A stretch of DNA of 50,298 bases from a virus (lineage: Duplodnaviria; Caudoviricetes), in IMG/VR virus record IMGVR_UViG_3300019360_000017, positions 1-50,298 of that record; one strand, 5' to 3'. Under the pieces are notes generated by a model. The model saw nothing but the letters and a program-made list of their open reading frames with translations, was not told the origin of the DNA and did not search any database. Positions 25,518 through 35,270 of the stretch are shown here, piece by piece (position 1 is the stretch's first letter; each line of letters opens with the position of its first letter). The translations under genes and the position numbers were made by a program.

Positions 25518-26672
25518 ATGGCTCGCGCAAAGCCGCACACGATCGTGTGGCCGTTTACGCCGAAAACGGCCGAAGATATCGACTACAACTTTGATCGCCT
25601 CTTCGGTGTGGAGAGCGACACGGCGGGCGCGCTGCCGGTGACGCAGGGCGGAACAGGACTGCGTCAGCATCGCGTCGGCGACGTCCTGTACGCGCAGACG
25701 CCAACACAGATCGCGGGACTCCATGACGTGGCCGAGGGGCACGTGTTGCGCTCAGGCGGGGTCCACACGCCTCCCGCGTACGGCAAGGTGGCGCTGGCGG
25801 GACCGACGCCGCACGTCGAGGGGGTCTTGCCCATCGCGCATGGGGGGACCGGCGAGACGGCGCCAGCCGCCGCCTTCGACGCGCTCGCGCCGACCGCGGC
25901 GAAAGGCGATCTGATCGCGCACGATGGCGCGGGAAACCGCCGCGTCCCGATCGGTGCGGACGGTCAAGCCCTGGTCGCCGACGCGACGGCGACGGCCGGC
26001 GTGCAGTGGCGCGCGGTGACGAGCACGCTGCTCCAGGCCGACGCGCACACGGACACGCTGACGCAGCCCGCCGTCCGCGGGGATCTCGTCGTCGCACGCG
26101 ACACCGGCAGCGGAACCCGCTGGCAACGTCTGCCCGTAGGCGCAGGCAGCCTCTTCCTCAAGAGCAACGGCGTGGAGCCGATCTGGACCGCCGCGGGTGA
26201 CATCGGACACCTGACGGCGTCCGCGCAGCCGCACGCGCGTGTCCGCCTGAGCACGGCGCAGCCGATCGCGAGCGGCGCGAATCCGGGCGACGTCCACGGC
26301 GGCTGGCCGGTCCCGTTCGATGTCGTCGAGGCGGATCCGGAGGGGTTCTTCTCCGGTTTCGCGCCGACGCGGCTGACCGTGCCGGTCGGCCGGGCGGGCA
26401 CGTATGTCGTGATCGGACACGTCGCCTGGGCGACGATGGCCGCGTGGCGCGCGGTGTGGATCTACAAGAACGGCCTGCGGGTCGCGCGCATGGAGCTCCC
26501 CGGCGATGATGCGGGCCTGGGGCTGGCGTTTCGCGTGTCCGCTGTCCTGGCGCTCGCCGTGACGGACTACGTGGAAGTGTTCGTGCGTCACGAAGCGGGC
26601 ACGGTCAAAGACCTCCTCGGATCCATCAGTGATCACTCTCTCACGTCGCTGCATCTCCTCAAGCTCTCGTAA
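25518..26672 (+). CDS. Tail fibre/spike with GGTG and GDL repeats and C1q-like C-terminal head (384 aa)
   Basis: LPVTQGGTG, LPIAHGGTG, KGDLI, RGDLV; VPFDV...RLTVP...AGTYVV...LAVTDYVEVFV. Confidence 0.75.
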   Translation: MARAKPHTIVWPFTPKTAEDIDYNFDRLFGVESDTAGALPVTQGGTGLRQHRVGDVLYAQTPTQIAGLHDVAEGHVLRSGGVHTPPAYGKVALAGPTPHVEGVLPIAHGGTGETAPAAAFDALAPTAAKGDLIAHDGAGNRRVPIGADGQALVADATATAGVQWRAVTSTLLQADAHTDTLTQPAVRGDLVVARDTGSGTRWQRLPVGAGSLFLKSNGVEPIWTAAGDIGHLTASAQPHARVRLSTAQPIASGANPGDVHGGWPVPFDVVEADPEGFFSGFAPTRLTVPVGRAGTYVVIGHVAWATMAAWRAVWIYKNGLRVARMELPGDDAGLGLAFRVSAVLALAVTDYVEVFVRHEAGTVKDLLGSISDHSLTSLHLLKLS

Positions 26673-26711
26673 ACGGCCGCGGTTCCTGGCTGGGTCCATC
26701 TGCGGTATCCG

Positions 26712-27641
26712 ATGAGAGAGCATGGCCGGCCTCTCTCTTCAGCCCTCCGCGACGCGTCCACGACGCCCGATGCACCCTCGGTGTCGCCGACCCAGGCGTA
26801 CGGCGGGGCATCGATGCCCAAGCCGACCTACGGTGGACCGGCGACGCCGATGTCGCAGCGGTCCTCGCCCGGCCCCTCCTCCAGCTACGAGGCGACGCCG
26901 TACGGCACCGTCCGCGAGTACAGCCCCGGCGTGACCGGCACGCAGATCGGCGTAGGCGCCGATGGACGGCCCACACTCACGCAAGGCATGGGCGGCGGAT
27001 CCATCGTCGAACACGATCCGGACCTCACGCGCCGCACGCGTGATCGCATGGACGCGCAATCGCGGCCGGGGATGGGCGGCGGCGCGGGAGGCAACGGCGG
27101 CGGTGGAGGCGGAACGGCTGGATCCACGGCGCCGCCGCTCTCGGCGGATGACATCTTCAGCGTGCTCGATCGCCTGAAGGGAGAGACGCCCGCGCGCGAA
27201 CCCACGCCGGCCGCACCGCCACGCATCGAGGCGCCAACGCCGTCCGCCGACGCGCCGAGTCGGTCATTGGCGTTCGCGCGCAGCAAAGATCGCGCAGGAC
27301 GCATCGGTGCGCAAGCGCTGAAGGCGCTCAAAGATCAGATGAGCGAACGCGGGATCAGCGGCAGCGGCATCGAAGGCCAGCTCACCGCCGACATCCTCGG
27401 GCAAACGGCCACCGGTTTGGCGGATGCGGAGTTTACGCAGCAGCGCGCCAGTGAGGACCAAGCCTGGGACGCCGCGAAGATGGGCTATCAGGGCGCGATT
27501 GGGCAACGCGCGAACGACATGGGGTTGATCGGCGCCGGCTTCTCGGGCGGGATTCAGCAGCGCGGGCAGGACATCGGCGCGAACAATCTCCTCGGGCTCG
27601 CGCCGACGATCCTCTCGCTGCTCGCGCGCGGGAGGTACTGA
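26712..27641 (+). CDS. Gly-rich putative internal virion/ejection protein (309 aa; start uncertain)
   Basis: MSERGISGSGIEG, QRGQDI motifs and position after tail genes. Confidence 0.6.
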   Translation: MREHGRPLSSALRDASTTPDAPSVSPTQAYGGASMPKPTYGGPATPMSQRSSPGPSSSYEATPYGTVREYSPGVTGTQIGVGADGRPTLTQGMGGGSIVEHDPDLTRRTRDRMDAQSRPGMGGGAGGNGGGGGGTAGSTAPPLSADDIFSVLDRLKGETPAREPTPAAPPRIEAPTPSADAPSRSLAFARSKDRAGRIGAQALKALKDQMSERGISGSGIEGQLTADILGQTATGLADAEFTQQRASEDQAWDAAKMGYQGAIGQRANDMGLIGAGFSGGIQQRGQDIGANNLLGLAPTILSLLARGRY

Positions 27642-27644
27642 CGC

Positions 27645-28091
27645 ATGACCGCCGCGCAGCTCCCGGCGGCGAACACGTCGCCGCTCGTGCGGCGGGCCAG
27701 CGTCGGGCAGTACGCACGCCGGGCCGATCACCCCGGCGTGGACTTTGACGCGCTGGCGTCAGGCGCCGCCGTCGCGGGCGAGCCCGGCAAGGTGTGGCGT
27801 CACGAATTGGTCGAAGGTGGCGGGGGTGGCTGGTTTCAGGCGGACGCCGCCGCGGCACCACTCACCGCCACCTCGAGTACGCCCGTCGCGGGTCCAAGCG
27901 GTGGCAGCGGCGCGGGCGGCAGCGCGCTCGCGGACCTGGCACTCGGCGGGCTGCGCGGCGCCCAGGCCCCGGCTGGTCCGGTCCCCGGCATGCAACAGAC
28001 CCCAGCCCTCGGTTCGGCCAAGCCGATGCTTGGGCACCGCATCTTGCCGATCGCGATGAGAACGTTGTCCCTCCTGCCGCGTGCCTACTGA
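27645..28091 (+). CDS. Hypothetical Ala/Gly-rich virion-region protein (148 aa)
   Basis: GGAGG RBS; operon continuity. Confidence 0.55.
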   Translation: MTAAQLPAANTSPLVRRASVGQYARRADHPGVDFDALASGAAVAGEPGKVWRHELVEGGGGGWFQADAAAAPLTATSSTPVAGPSGGSGAGGSALADLALGGLRGAQAPAGPVPGMQQTPALGSAKPMLGHRILPIAMRTLSLLPRAY

Positions 28092-28096
28092 CGACG

Positions 28097-28534
28097 ATGG
28101 TCACCGATCGCGCCCCGCTCACACCGCAACAGCACGCCATGCTCGATGGCCTGCGTCGCGCCGCGCAGCGGTCCCCGTCGGCCATCGGCGCGGACTGGAA
28201 TGTGGATCAGATGGCCGAGAACATGGCGACCGAGAACGATCAAGCCGTCCGCAATCAGGCGACGATCGCCGGCACGCCTGCGCATCGTCGCGGGCAGCTC
28301 GCGATGTCGCCCGATGGGGATGTCTACTATCCCTCGCGCCTCTCGATGGGACGAATCGGCCATGAACGGGTCTACGGCGGCCTGCGCACGGGACATCAGC
28401 CGCAGCCCGGCATCGCGGCGCTCACCGATCCGTCGTGGGCCGCCTTCTCGGGTCATTTCGCCGACAAAGATCGGTTCTTTCGGGCGTACGCCGGCAAGGG
28501 ATTGCGCATCGCGGGCGGCCCGTACGGAGAGTAA
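28097..28534 (+). CDS. Hypothetical virion-region protein (145 aa)
   Basis: Operon continuity. Confidence 0.55.
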   Translation: MVTDRAPLTPQQHAMLDGLRRAAQRSPSAIGADWNVDQMAENMATENDQAVRNQATIAGTPAHRRGQLAMSPDGDVYYPSRLSMGRIGHERVYGGLRTGHQPQPGIAALTDPSWAAFSGHFADKDRFFRAYAGKGLRIAGGPYGE

Positions 28535-28539
28535 ACAGG

Positions 28540-29388
28540 ATGGCATCCCCCAGCGACCCCTTTGGTCCGCTCGCGCGCGCCCCTCGACGCCCGTACCTCG
28601 TGCCGCATCCCCCCCTTGAGGGCGATCCGAACCTCGTACCGCCGCCGCTGGGGCCACCACCACCGAGACCGCCGGGCCTTCAGATCGCGAATCCGTGGCA
28701 GCCAGACCAGAGCATCGACGATCGGCTCTCGCGATCGTCGGCTCCACCATCGACGCCGGCTCGTCGGCAAGGGATCTGGTACGAGGGCAGTCCCGATTGG
28801 GGGAGCGAACGCGCGGGCTTCCTCGCCCGCGGCAGCTCGCCGGAGATCGCGCCGATGGCCCACGCGCTGGAAGCCCGCGACGCGATCGAGGAGAACGCCA
28901 CGTCAGGCCGCCGGCCGGATCTGCTCGCGCAGATGCAGACGCAGCTCGCGCTACGCGCGCTCCGCAACGCGAGCGCCCGCGACGAGCAGCAAATGCAACT
29001 CGCCGACCCCGCGTATCAGCGCGCGCAGATCGTGCCGGACGCAGAAGCCGAGGCCGCCGCGTCTCTGGCGCCTATCGGACGGCAGGCGCGGGCGCTTCAG
29101 GATGATGAAACGCTTGCGCAGGCCCGCGCGACGGCCGAACAGTCACAAGACCTGCGCGTCGCGCCGCGGGAGCTGTCGCGCCTGCTCTTTGACTTCCAGC
29201 TCAGACGTCAGCTCGCCGAGATCGACGCCGCTGGGCGCAATCCGCTCGCGGGTCTCCTGAGCGGCGGCGCCAGCGCACCGCCCCCACCCACCAGCCCCGC
29301 GGGGACGCCGCGCGTCGGCCACCAGCGTCAGACGCGCGATGGCCGCGTCGTCGTATGGGACGGGCAGGGCTGGGCCTACCAGGAGTAA
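28540..29388 (+). CDS. Putative ejection protein (282 aa)
   Basis: Pro-rich start, coiled middle, C-terminal RDGRVVVWDGQGW beta-hairpin motif. Confidence 0.55.
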   Translation: MASPSDPFGPLARAPRRPYLVPHPPLEGDPNLVPPPLGPPPPRPPGLQIANPWQPDQSIDDRLSRSSAPPSTPARRQGIWYEGSPDWGSERAGFLARGSSPEIAPMAHALEARDAIEENATSGRRPDLLAQMQTQLALRALRNASARDEQQMQLADPAYQRAQIVPDAEAEAAASLAPIGRQARALQDDETLAQARATAEQSQDLRVAPRELSRLLFDFQLRRQLAEIDAAGRNPLAGLLSGGASAPPPPTSPAGTPRVGHQRQTRDGRVVVWDGQGWAYQE

Positions 29389-29393
29389 CCGTC

Positions 29394-32300
29394 GTGCCGC
29401 GCTATGCCGATCCCGCAGATGTGCTGCCGGAGCGCTATGCCGACCCGGCGGATCTGCTGCCGGAAGAAGACGAACCGGAGTACGGCCTGCTCGATCGCGT
29501 GCTGACGACCGGGCTCCGCGTCGTGCCCTCGATCGCGGGCGCGGCCGGCGGCGCGGCGCTCGGGGCTGGTGCGGCCGGCGTGGGCGCGGCACCGGGTCTG
29601 ATGATGGGCGGCGCCGCGGGCGGCGCCGCGGGCGAATGGCTCGCGCAAGCGTACGAACGCGCGCGGGGCTTGCGGGCCGACTACTCGCCGGGCGCGATTG
29701 CCGTCGAAGGCGCGCTTGGGGCGATCCCCATCGGAAAAGCCGCGACCGTCGCCCGCGCCGCGGCGAAGGGCGCGGGCATGAGCACGGCCGGCACCGCGTT
29801 GCACGCGGTCGTCGAAGAAGGCGAACTGCCCGACGCCTTCAGCCTGACGTTGAGTGCGGGGCTCGGCGCGCTCCTGGGCGGCGGCGCTGACGTCGTCAGC
29901 CGACGATTGGCCGCACGGCGCACGCCGCTCGACCCGCCGCGCACGACGTTCCACGAGTTTGTGGCCGAAGACGTGCCAGGCACGACGCCGCGCACGTCCG
30001 CCGACGATCTGATGGATGAAGCGGCGGCGGCGCGCGACCTGGATGAATGGCTACAGTCGCAGCAGCCGAGTGGCATTCGGGTGCAGCCGGCGACCGCGCC
30101 GTATGACGCGGACGCCGACGTCGTCGAGCGGCTAGCGCGCGAGCGCGCGGTTGATCGCGCGATCCGTCAACGCGTCGCGCGCGAACGCGCACGCGCCGGA
30201 TCAGAGTTTGCCGCCTACGCCGCTCGCGATGCGGAGATGCGCGCGGACCCCCACGCGGCGTTCGAGGCCGTCATTCCCGATCGGCTGAAAGGCCCGCCGC
30301 CGCGCCGGTACGCCCGCTGGGAGGATCTGGACCCGCGCACCGCGCCGCCCGCCGAACGCGCCCTGCGTTGGCTGATTCCCGAACGCGTGCTGAAGGGCGG
30401 GGGCTTCGCCGAAGCCGCCGAGCGCGCGCGCCGCGGCGCGGCCGACTATACGCCGCTGCAACGCCTGTTCGAGCCGCGCCGCCGGCCACGCGCGAGGCCG
30501 ACCGAGTCCGCCCCGCACGTACCGCCCAGCGACGCACCGCCGGCCATGCCGCCCGTCGTGGATAGGCTCGATACCGGCGAGACGCAGCCGCGTCTGCCGG
30601 AGGCGGGCGTCGTCCGCGACCGCGATGTTCCAACGCCGACGTTTGAGGCGCCATTCGCGTTGACGTCTGAAGCATCACGCCCATCGTCGACGCAATTCGA
30701 TCTCCTCGGGTCGCTGCTCACCCCCGCCGACACGCCGTCCGTGCCGTGGCTCCAGCGCGTGGTGGACGACGCCGTCGCGCGCGGCTATCCGGGCACGGCG
30801 GCGGACGTCGAACAGGACATCGTGCAACGGGCACGAGCGCTCTACGACGCGGAACGCGGCGCAGGGGCAACCGAGCGCACACCGACAGCGTTGTTGGAAG
30901 CCATTCGGCGGGCCGGAGGGATTCGCACGACCGACGCGGATCTGTCAGGCGAACTCCGGCGACTCCGCGAGTTCAAAGACCCGCGGCGGGTGAATTCGAT
31001 CGCGGGCGTGCAAGGCGTCTTTCGGCGGCAGGGGCACACACTCGATGACATGGCCGTCCGACTCAGTCGCGAACACGGCTGGACGGATCTGACCGATCCG
31101 GCAGTACTGCTCGATGCGATCGAGGACGCGGCCGTCGCCGCGCGCGCCGGCCGCGCCGACCTCCCAGCGTTCAATGCGGAACGCTACGCGGAGGGAGCCG
31201 GCGTGCGCCTCGGTGAACCGTGGTGGGACGACGCACCGCCGTTCGTCCGCGAGCTCGCGCCCGAGCTCGTGGACGAGCCCGGCGCGGCGGGCCGCATCAG
31301 CGCGGAGCTGGCGGCCACCCTCGGCAGCTCAGTCGCCGGGGGGCTCGCGGGCACGACGCAGGGGGAGACGCCAGAAGAGCGCATCGCGTTCGGCCTGGGC
31401 GGCGCGGTCGCGGGCGGCGCGGGAGCGCACGCGCTCGCGCGATTCCTCAGCGGACGATCGCCGCGCACCGCGGCGCCGACGCCGAAAACGGCGACCACCG
31501 CGGCGCGAACCATCCGCACGCCGACCGGCCCGCTGCGCGACGAGCCGGGTGATGTCCCGATCCTGGAGACCGCGCACGTCCCTGCCCCGCCGGCCGTGCG
31601 ACAGCCGAAGGCGCAGCGCGAAGGCCTCGGCCTTGAGGCCTTCCCGGAAGAGCAGCGCGCGCCCCTACAAGCGTTGATCAACGACCTCGGCTACGACCCG
31701 CTCGACACGCAGCGGCGGCATCGTCAGCCCGTCGAGCGCACGATGGCGCTGGCGCAGCACATGCGGATCAACACCACAAAGAAACTCGCACCGGGTGCGA
31801 ACATGAATGCAGCGGGACATGCCGCCTACGGCAACATGGTGGCGACGGTGCAAGACAAACTGCGCCGCCTCAGCGTACGCATTCAGGAAACCGGCGGTGC
31901 CGATCCGGATCTGCTCGAACTCGGACAGCTCAACGCGGCGCGTGAAGCGTTGTTTTACAGCTACGCAGGCCTGCGCACCGAGGCCGGCCGCGCGCTGCAA
32001 ATCTACTCGGCGATGAAACGCATCATGCCGAGTGAACTGCGGCTCGTGCGCGAGATGTTGGATCGCGGCCGACTGCGAAAGGACATGGCCGAACTCGCGG
32101 AGGTGTTCGCGAAACTGCCGGACGATTCGGTGCAGCAGTGGGAGATCCTACGCCGTCACGATGTCCGAACGCTCAGTCAGCGCGTGAGCGACTACTACAT
32201 GAGCAACATCCTGTCCGGCGTTCAGACGCAATTGCGCAACGTGTTCGGCAACGCATCGCGCACGCTCGTGCGCATGGGCACGAAGGCCACCGCCGGCTCG

Positions 32301-33962
32301 TTTGATGCTCTCCGCACGCTCGTCACGGGCCGCGAGCGCCAGGTCTTTACGCGTGAGGCGTTCGAGGAGGCGAAGGGCATCGTCGCCGGCTTCGATCAGG
32401 CGTGGCGTGATACGTGGGAGACCGCGACACTCGGATTCTCGCCGCGCGCGCTCAACGAAGGACTGGAGGATGTGACGGATCTGTACGTGCCTCATCGGGA
32501 GTTTGCCGGCCGCGGTCGGAACCCGCTGAATTGGCCGCATCGTGGGATGGAGGCCGCCGATCGCTTCTTCCGAAACTTGAACGCCTCAATGGAGTGGCAC
32601 GCGCTCACGTACGCCCAGGCGCGGCGTGAGGTGGGCGCGGGCGCGACCGATGACGCGCTTGCGAAACGCGTCGCCGAACTGCGGCTGAACCCCAGCAAGG
32701 AGCTGCGCCGGCAAATGGCGCGCAGCGCTGAGCGCGCGGTCTATCAAGAAGATCCGGGGCCGGCCATCAACCATCTGGCGGCGATCAAGAAGCATGTCCC
32801 CGCCTTGCAGTTCGTCTTTCCCTTCGTTCAGACCGCCCACAACATTCTGAGGCAGGGGGCCGAGCACAGTCCGTTGGGGTTCTTCATGGCGCGCGCGCGC
32901 GCGGGCGATCTTCGCGAGCGCACCATCGCGCAGGCAGAGGCCGCGGTGGGATCGCTGGCCTTGATGCCCATCGCGTACCTCGCCGCCACCGATCGCCTGA
33001 GCGGCTCTGGTCCCCGCGATCCGGCGGAGCGCGCAGCGCTGTACGAGCGCGGCTGGCGGCCAAACGCCGTGAACATGCCGCTGCCCGACGCACTCGCCCA
33101 GGCGTTCGGCGCGTCGAAGTCAGACGACGGCACGTACTGGGTCTCGTACCAGCTCGCGCAGCCGTTCGCCTTCCCCGCGAGCATCCTGGCGAATGCGTTC
33201 GAGGCATTTCACGAGGTCACACGCGACGCGCAGCATCGCAACGTCGAAGAGAGCGCGCAGCAGATCACCGCGCAGGCCATCGCGCGCATCGGGCGGTCCG
33301 CGCTCGATCAGTCCTATCTCTCAGGTGTGTCAAATCTCGTGAAGGCGGTCAACGACCCCGACCGGTCGGCCAGTAGTTTTCTCGCGCAGCTTGCGGGCGG
33401 CTTCGTGCCGCTGTCCGGCGCGATGCGCAACGCGGCGCGGGTCGTGGATCCGGTCGTGCGCGATCCAGAAACCATCAGCGAGACGATTCAGACCGGGATA
33501 CCGGTCGCCAGCCGTGGCGTGCAGCCTCGTCTCGATCGCTGGGGAGAGGAGATCACGCGGGAAGGCAGTTCGCCGCTGGTCGTTCCCGAAGTCGAACCCG
33601 TCGAGCGCGACTGGATTGCCGAGGAACTGGCGCGGCTGGGGATATCGGTGGGGCTTCCGTCTGATCGGTTGTCGCTGCGGGACGTGGCCGGCACCGCGCG
33701 TCAGCTTGCGCCAGAAGAGGCCCAGCAGATCCGACAGATGCGCGGGCGGACGACGCGCGCGACGCTGGGGGCCGTCATGGGCTCGCCCGGATACGCGGCG
33801 CTCCCTGACGCCGCCAAAGCGGTCCTGGTGCAGCGCGCGATGCGAGCGGGCGCGGACGACGTCAACGACATCGCCCGCGCCGCGTTGAACGCTCAGCGTC
33901 CCGATCTCCTGCGGTTCCTGACAGAGTCCACCCGCGAGCGGGCCGCAGACACCTATCGATAG
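29394..33962 (+). CDS. Large internal virion/ejection (T7 gp16-like, polyvalent-type) protein (~1522 aa)
   Basis: GTG after AGGAG; Gly/Ala hydrophobic N-terminal segments; NILSG..TQLRNVFGN, FPFVQT, G.LSGSGP...G.WRP, QSYLSG, PRLDRWGE motifs. Confidence 0.75.
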   Translation: MPRYADPADVLPERYADPADLLPEEDEPEYGLLDRVLTTGLRVVPSIAGAAGGAALGAGAAGVGAAPGLMMGGAAGGAAGEWLAQAYERARGLRADYSPGAIAVEGALGAIPIGKAATVARAAAKGAGMSTAGTALHAVVEEGELPDAFSLTLSAGLGALLGGGADVVSRRLAARRTPLDPPRTTFHEFVAEDVPGTTPRTSADDLMDEAAAARDLDEWLQSQQPSGIRVQPATAPYDADADVVERLARERAVDRAIRQRVARERARAGSEFAAYAARDAEMRADPHAAFEAVIPDRLKGPPPRRYARWEDLDPRTAPPAERALRWLIPERVLKGGGFAEAAERARRGAADYTPLQRLFEPRRRPRARPTESAPHVPPSDAPPAMPPVVDRLDTGETQPRLPEAGVVRDRDVPTPTFEAPFALTSEASRPSSTQFDLLGSLLTPADTPSVPWLQRVVDDAVARGYPGTAADVEQDIVQRARALYDAERGAGATERTPTALLEAIRRAGGIRTTDADLSGELRRLREFKDPRRVNSIAGVQGVFRRQGHTLDDMAVRLSREHGWTDLTDPAVLLDAIEDAAVAARAGRADLPAFNAERYAEGAGVRLGEPWWDDAPPFVRELAPELVDEPGAAGRISAELAATLGSSVAGGLAGTTQGETPEERIAFGLGGAVAGGAGAHALARFLSGRSPRTAAPTPKTATTAARTIRTPTGPLRDEPGDVPILETAHVPAPPAVRQPKAQREGLGLEAFPEEQRAPLQALINDLGYDPLDTQRRHRQPVERTMALAQHMRINTTKKLAPGANMNAAGHAAYGNMVATVQDKLRRLSVRIQETGGADPDLLELGQLNAAREALFYSYAGLRTEAGRALQIYSAMKRIMPSELRLVREMLDRGRLRKDMAELAEVFAKLPDDSVQQWEILRRHDVRTLSQRVSDYYMSNILSGVQTQLRNVFGNASRTLVRMGTKATAGSFDALRTLVTGRERQVFTREAFEEAKGIVAGFDQAWRDTWETATLGFSPRALNEGLEDVTDLYVPHREFAGRGRNPLNWPHRGMEAADRFFRNLNASMEWHALTYAQARREVGAGATDDALAKRVAELRLNPSKELRRQMARSAERAVYQEDPGPAINHLAAIKKHVPALQFVFPFVQTAHNILRQGAEHSPLGFFMARARAGDLRERTIAQAEAAVGSLALMPIAYLAATDRLSGSGPRDPAERAALYERGWRPNAVNMPLPDALAQAFGASKSDDGTYWVSYQLAQPFAFPASILANAFEAFHEVTRDAQHRNVEESAQQITAQAIARIGRSALDQSYLSGVSNLVKAVNDPDRSASSFLAQLAGGFVPLSGAMRNAARVVDPVVRDPETISETIQTGIPVASRGVQPRLDRWGEEITREGSSPLVVPEVEPVERDWIAEELARLGISVGLPSDRLSLRDVAGTARQLAPEEAQQIRQMRGRTTRATLGAVMGSPGYAALPDAAKAVLVQRAMRAGADDVNDIARAALNAQRPDLLRFLTESTRERAADTYR

Positions 33963-33970
33963 CGAATCGA

Positions 33971-34309
33971 TCAACTCACAGTCGCGCGTGGACGACGAGC
34001 TATCCACACATGCAGGCCACTCATGACTGCCCACGCCGCGAGGAACGAATACGCGAGCGCGTCAAACGAGTGATGCATGACGTACGCATAGGCAAATGTG
34101 CCTGCGATGCCGGTGGGAATCGCGGTGCGTGCCCAGCGCCAAGGACCGAAGCCGACGCAAGCAAAGGTCCAACCACTGGAAAGTGCCGTCGCGCCAAGCC
34201 ACCATCGATGTGTCTGGTCGGCTCCAAACCACAGCAACAAGTAAGACCCAACGAAACAGGCCGCAAACACTGCGCCAAGGTAAAGCATGACGTTGGTTCT
34301 CGTCACCAT
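33971..34309 (-). CDS. Small multi-pass membrane protein, putative immunity protein (112 aa)
   Basis: About four hydrophobic helices; immediately downstream of bacteriocin-like gene; AGGAG RBS. Confidence 0.6.
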   Translation of the reverse strand: MVTRTNVMLYLGAVFAACFVGSYLLLWFGADQTHRWWLGATALSSGWTFACVGFGPWRWARTAIPTGIAGTFAYAYVMHHSFDALAYSFLAAWAVMSGLHVWIARRPRATVS

Positions 34310-34321
34310 ACGAACATCTCC

Positions 34322-35161
34322 TTACGAAGGAGTCGGCAGAAATTCAGGGGGGGACCGCCGCCACCCTCCGCTGCCGCAGGTCGTTCCAGCATCGTACGCC
34401 TCAACAATTATACCGAAGACGAAGCCCCCCGTTGCGGCCCCCGACACGCAGACTCCCCAGGCGACAGTCGAGGTTAGGCAACCGAATGCTGCGCCCGCGA
34501 ACGCACCTCCTCCCCACATTGCTGCACGGCCAAGGACGCCCCGGAATAGCGCTCCTGCATTCCCGCAGCTTCGCCCCTGCCACGTGCCCGCTTGCGCGGC
34601 AACCACTGGAGACAGCATTCCACACATCTTGCCGAACCAGCTCCCGTTCTGCGCTACGTTATTCACGTGGATGCCGATGTCCCACTCCGACGTGCTCTGT
34701 GTCGAGAGGTCCATCTGCTGAATGCCCCACAATTCGTAGTTGTTGATGGTGTCATATATATGGACGTGATACTCCACCGTGTTGTAATCCCCATCATCCA
34801 ACACGGTGAAGACCACAACGCCTTGATCGAACTGATGCGTATCCGCATGAAGGCTTAGGAACCGGTCCAGAAACGAAGCCGACTGCTTCTTTATACCGAT
34901 AAACACCGTGGTCTCCAGTGGTGTCAAGCCTTGCGCTCGTGCGTTCTCAAGCTGTGTCCGCACGCGCTCGTTCACATACTTTTGAGCTTCCGCGCCGCGA
35001 AGTTGTCTGACAGACATATCGGCTGTCTCGCGCGTCCGCATGACCTGCGGCGACCACGAGGGCATAAGGGCGCTGAAGAGTATCAGCACAATGGCCACCA
35101 CAAGACTACGAAGCGGACCAGCGAATGTTGCGACGCTCTTCGGGCGGGCACTGAGACGCAT
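34322..35161 (-). CDS. Exported precursor with Gly/Ala/Cys-rich hydrophobic C-terminal peptide (bacteriocin-like), 279 aa
   Basis: GGAGGAG RBS; N-terminal signal-like segment; C-terminal SC...GGGAFAGAAFGCLTSTVAWGVCVSGAATGGFVFGII...C. Confidence 0.6.
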   Translation of the reverse strand: MRLSARPKSVATFAGPLRSLVVAIVLILFSALMPSWSPQVMRTRETADMSVRQLRGAEAQKYVNERVRTQLENARAQGLTPLETTVFIGIKKQSASFLDRFLSLHADTHQFDQGVVVFTVLDDGDYNTVEYHVHIYDTINNYELWGIQQMDLSTQSTSEWDIGIHVNNVAQNGSWFGKMCGMLSPVVAAQAGTWQGRSCGNAGALFRGVLGRAAMWGGGAFAGAAFGCLTSTVAWGVCVSGAATGGFVFGIIVEAYDAGTTCGSGGWRRSPPEFLPTPS

Positions 35162-35270
35162 ACACTCCTCCTTCGTCGTGCCAACGGCTGACGAACAGAA
35201 CTGGAAACTTGATCTCCGGTCGGGCATACACTGTACGAATAAATGGCACTGATTGCCACACAAAACGTCG

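Noticed and set aside
29399-29465. Tandem RYADPADxLPE repeat at the start of the ejection protein
   Set aside because: Real two-copy peptide repeat, but short acidic N-terminal repeats are ordinary in such proteins
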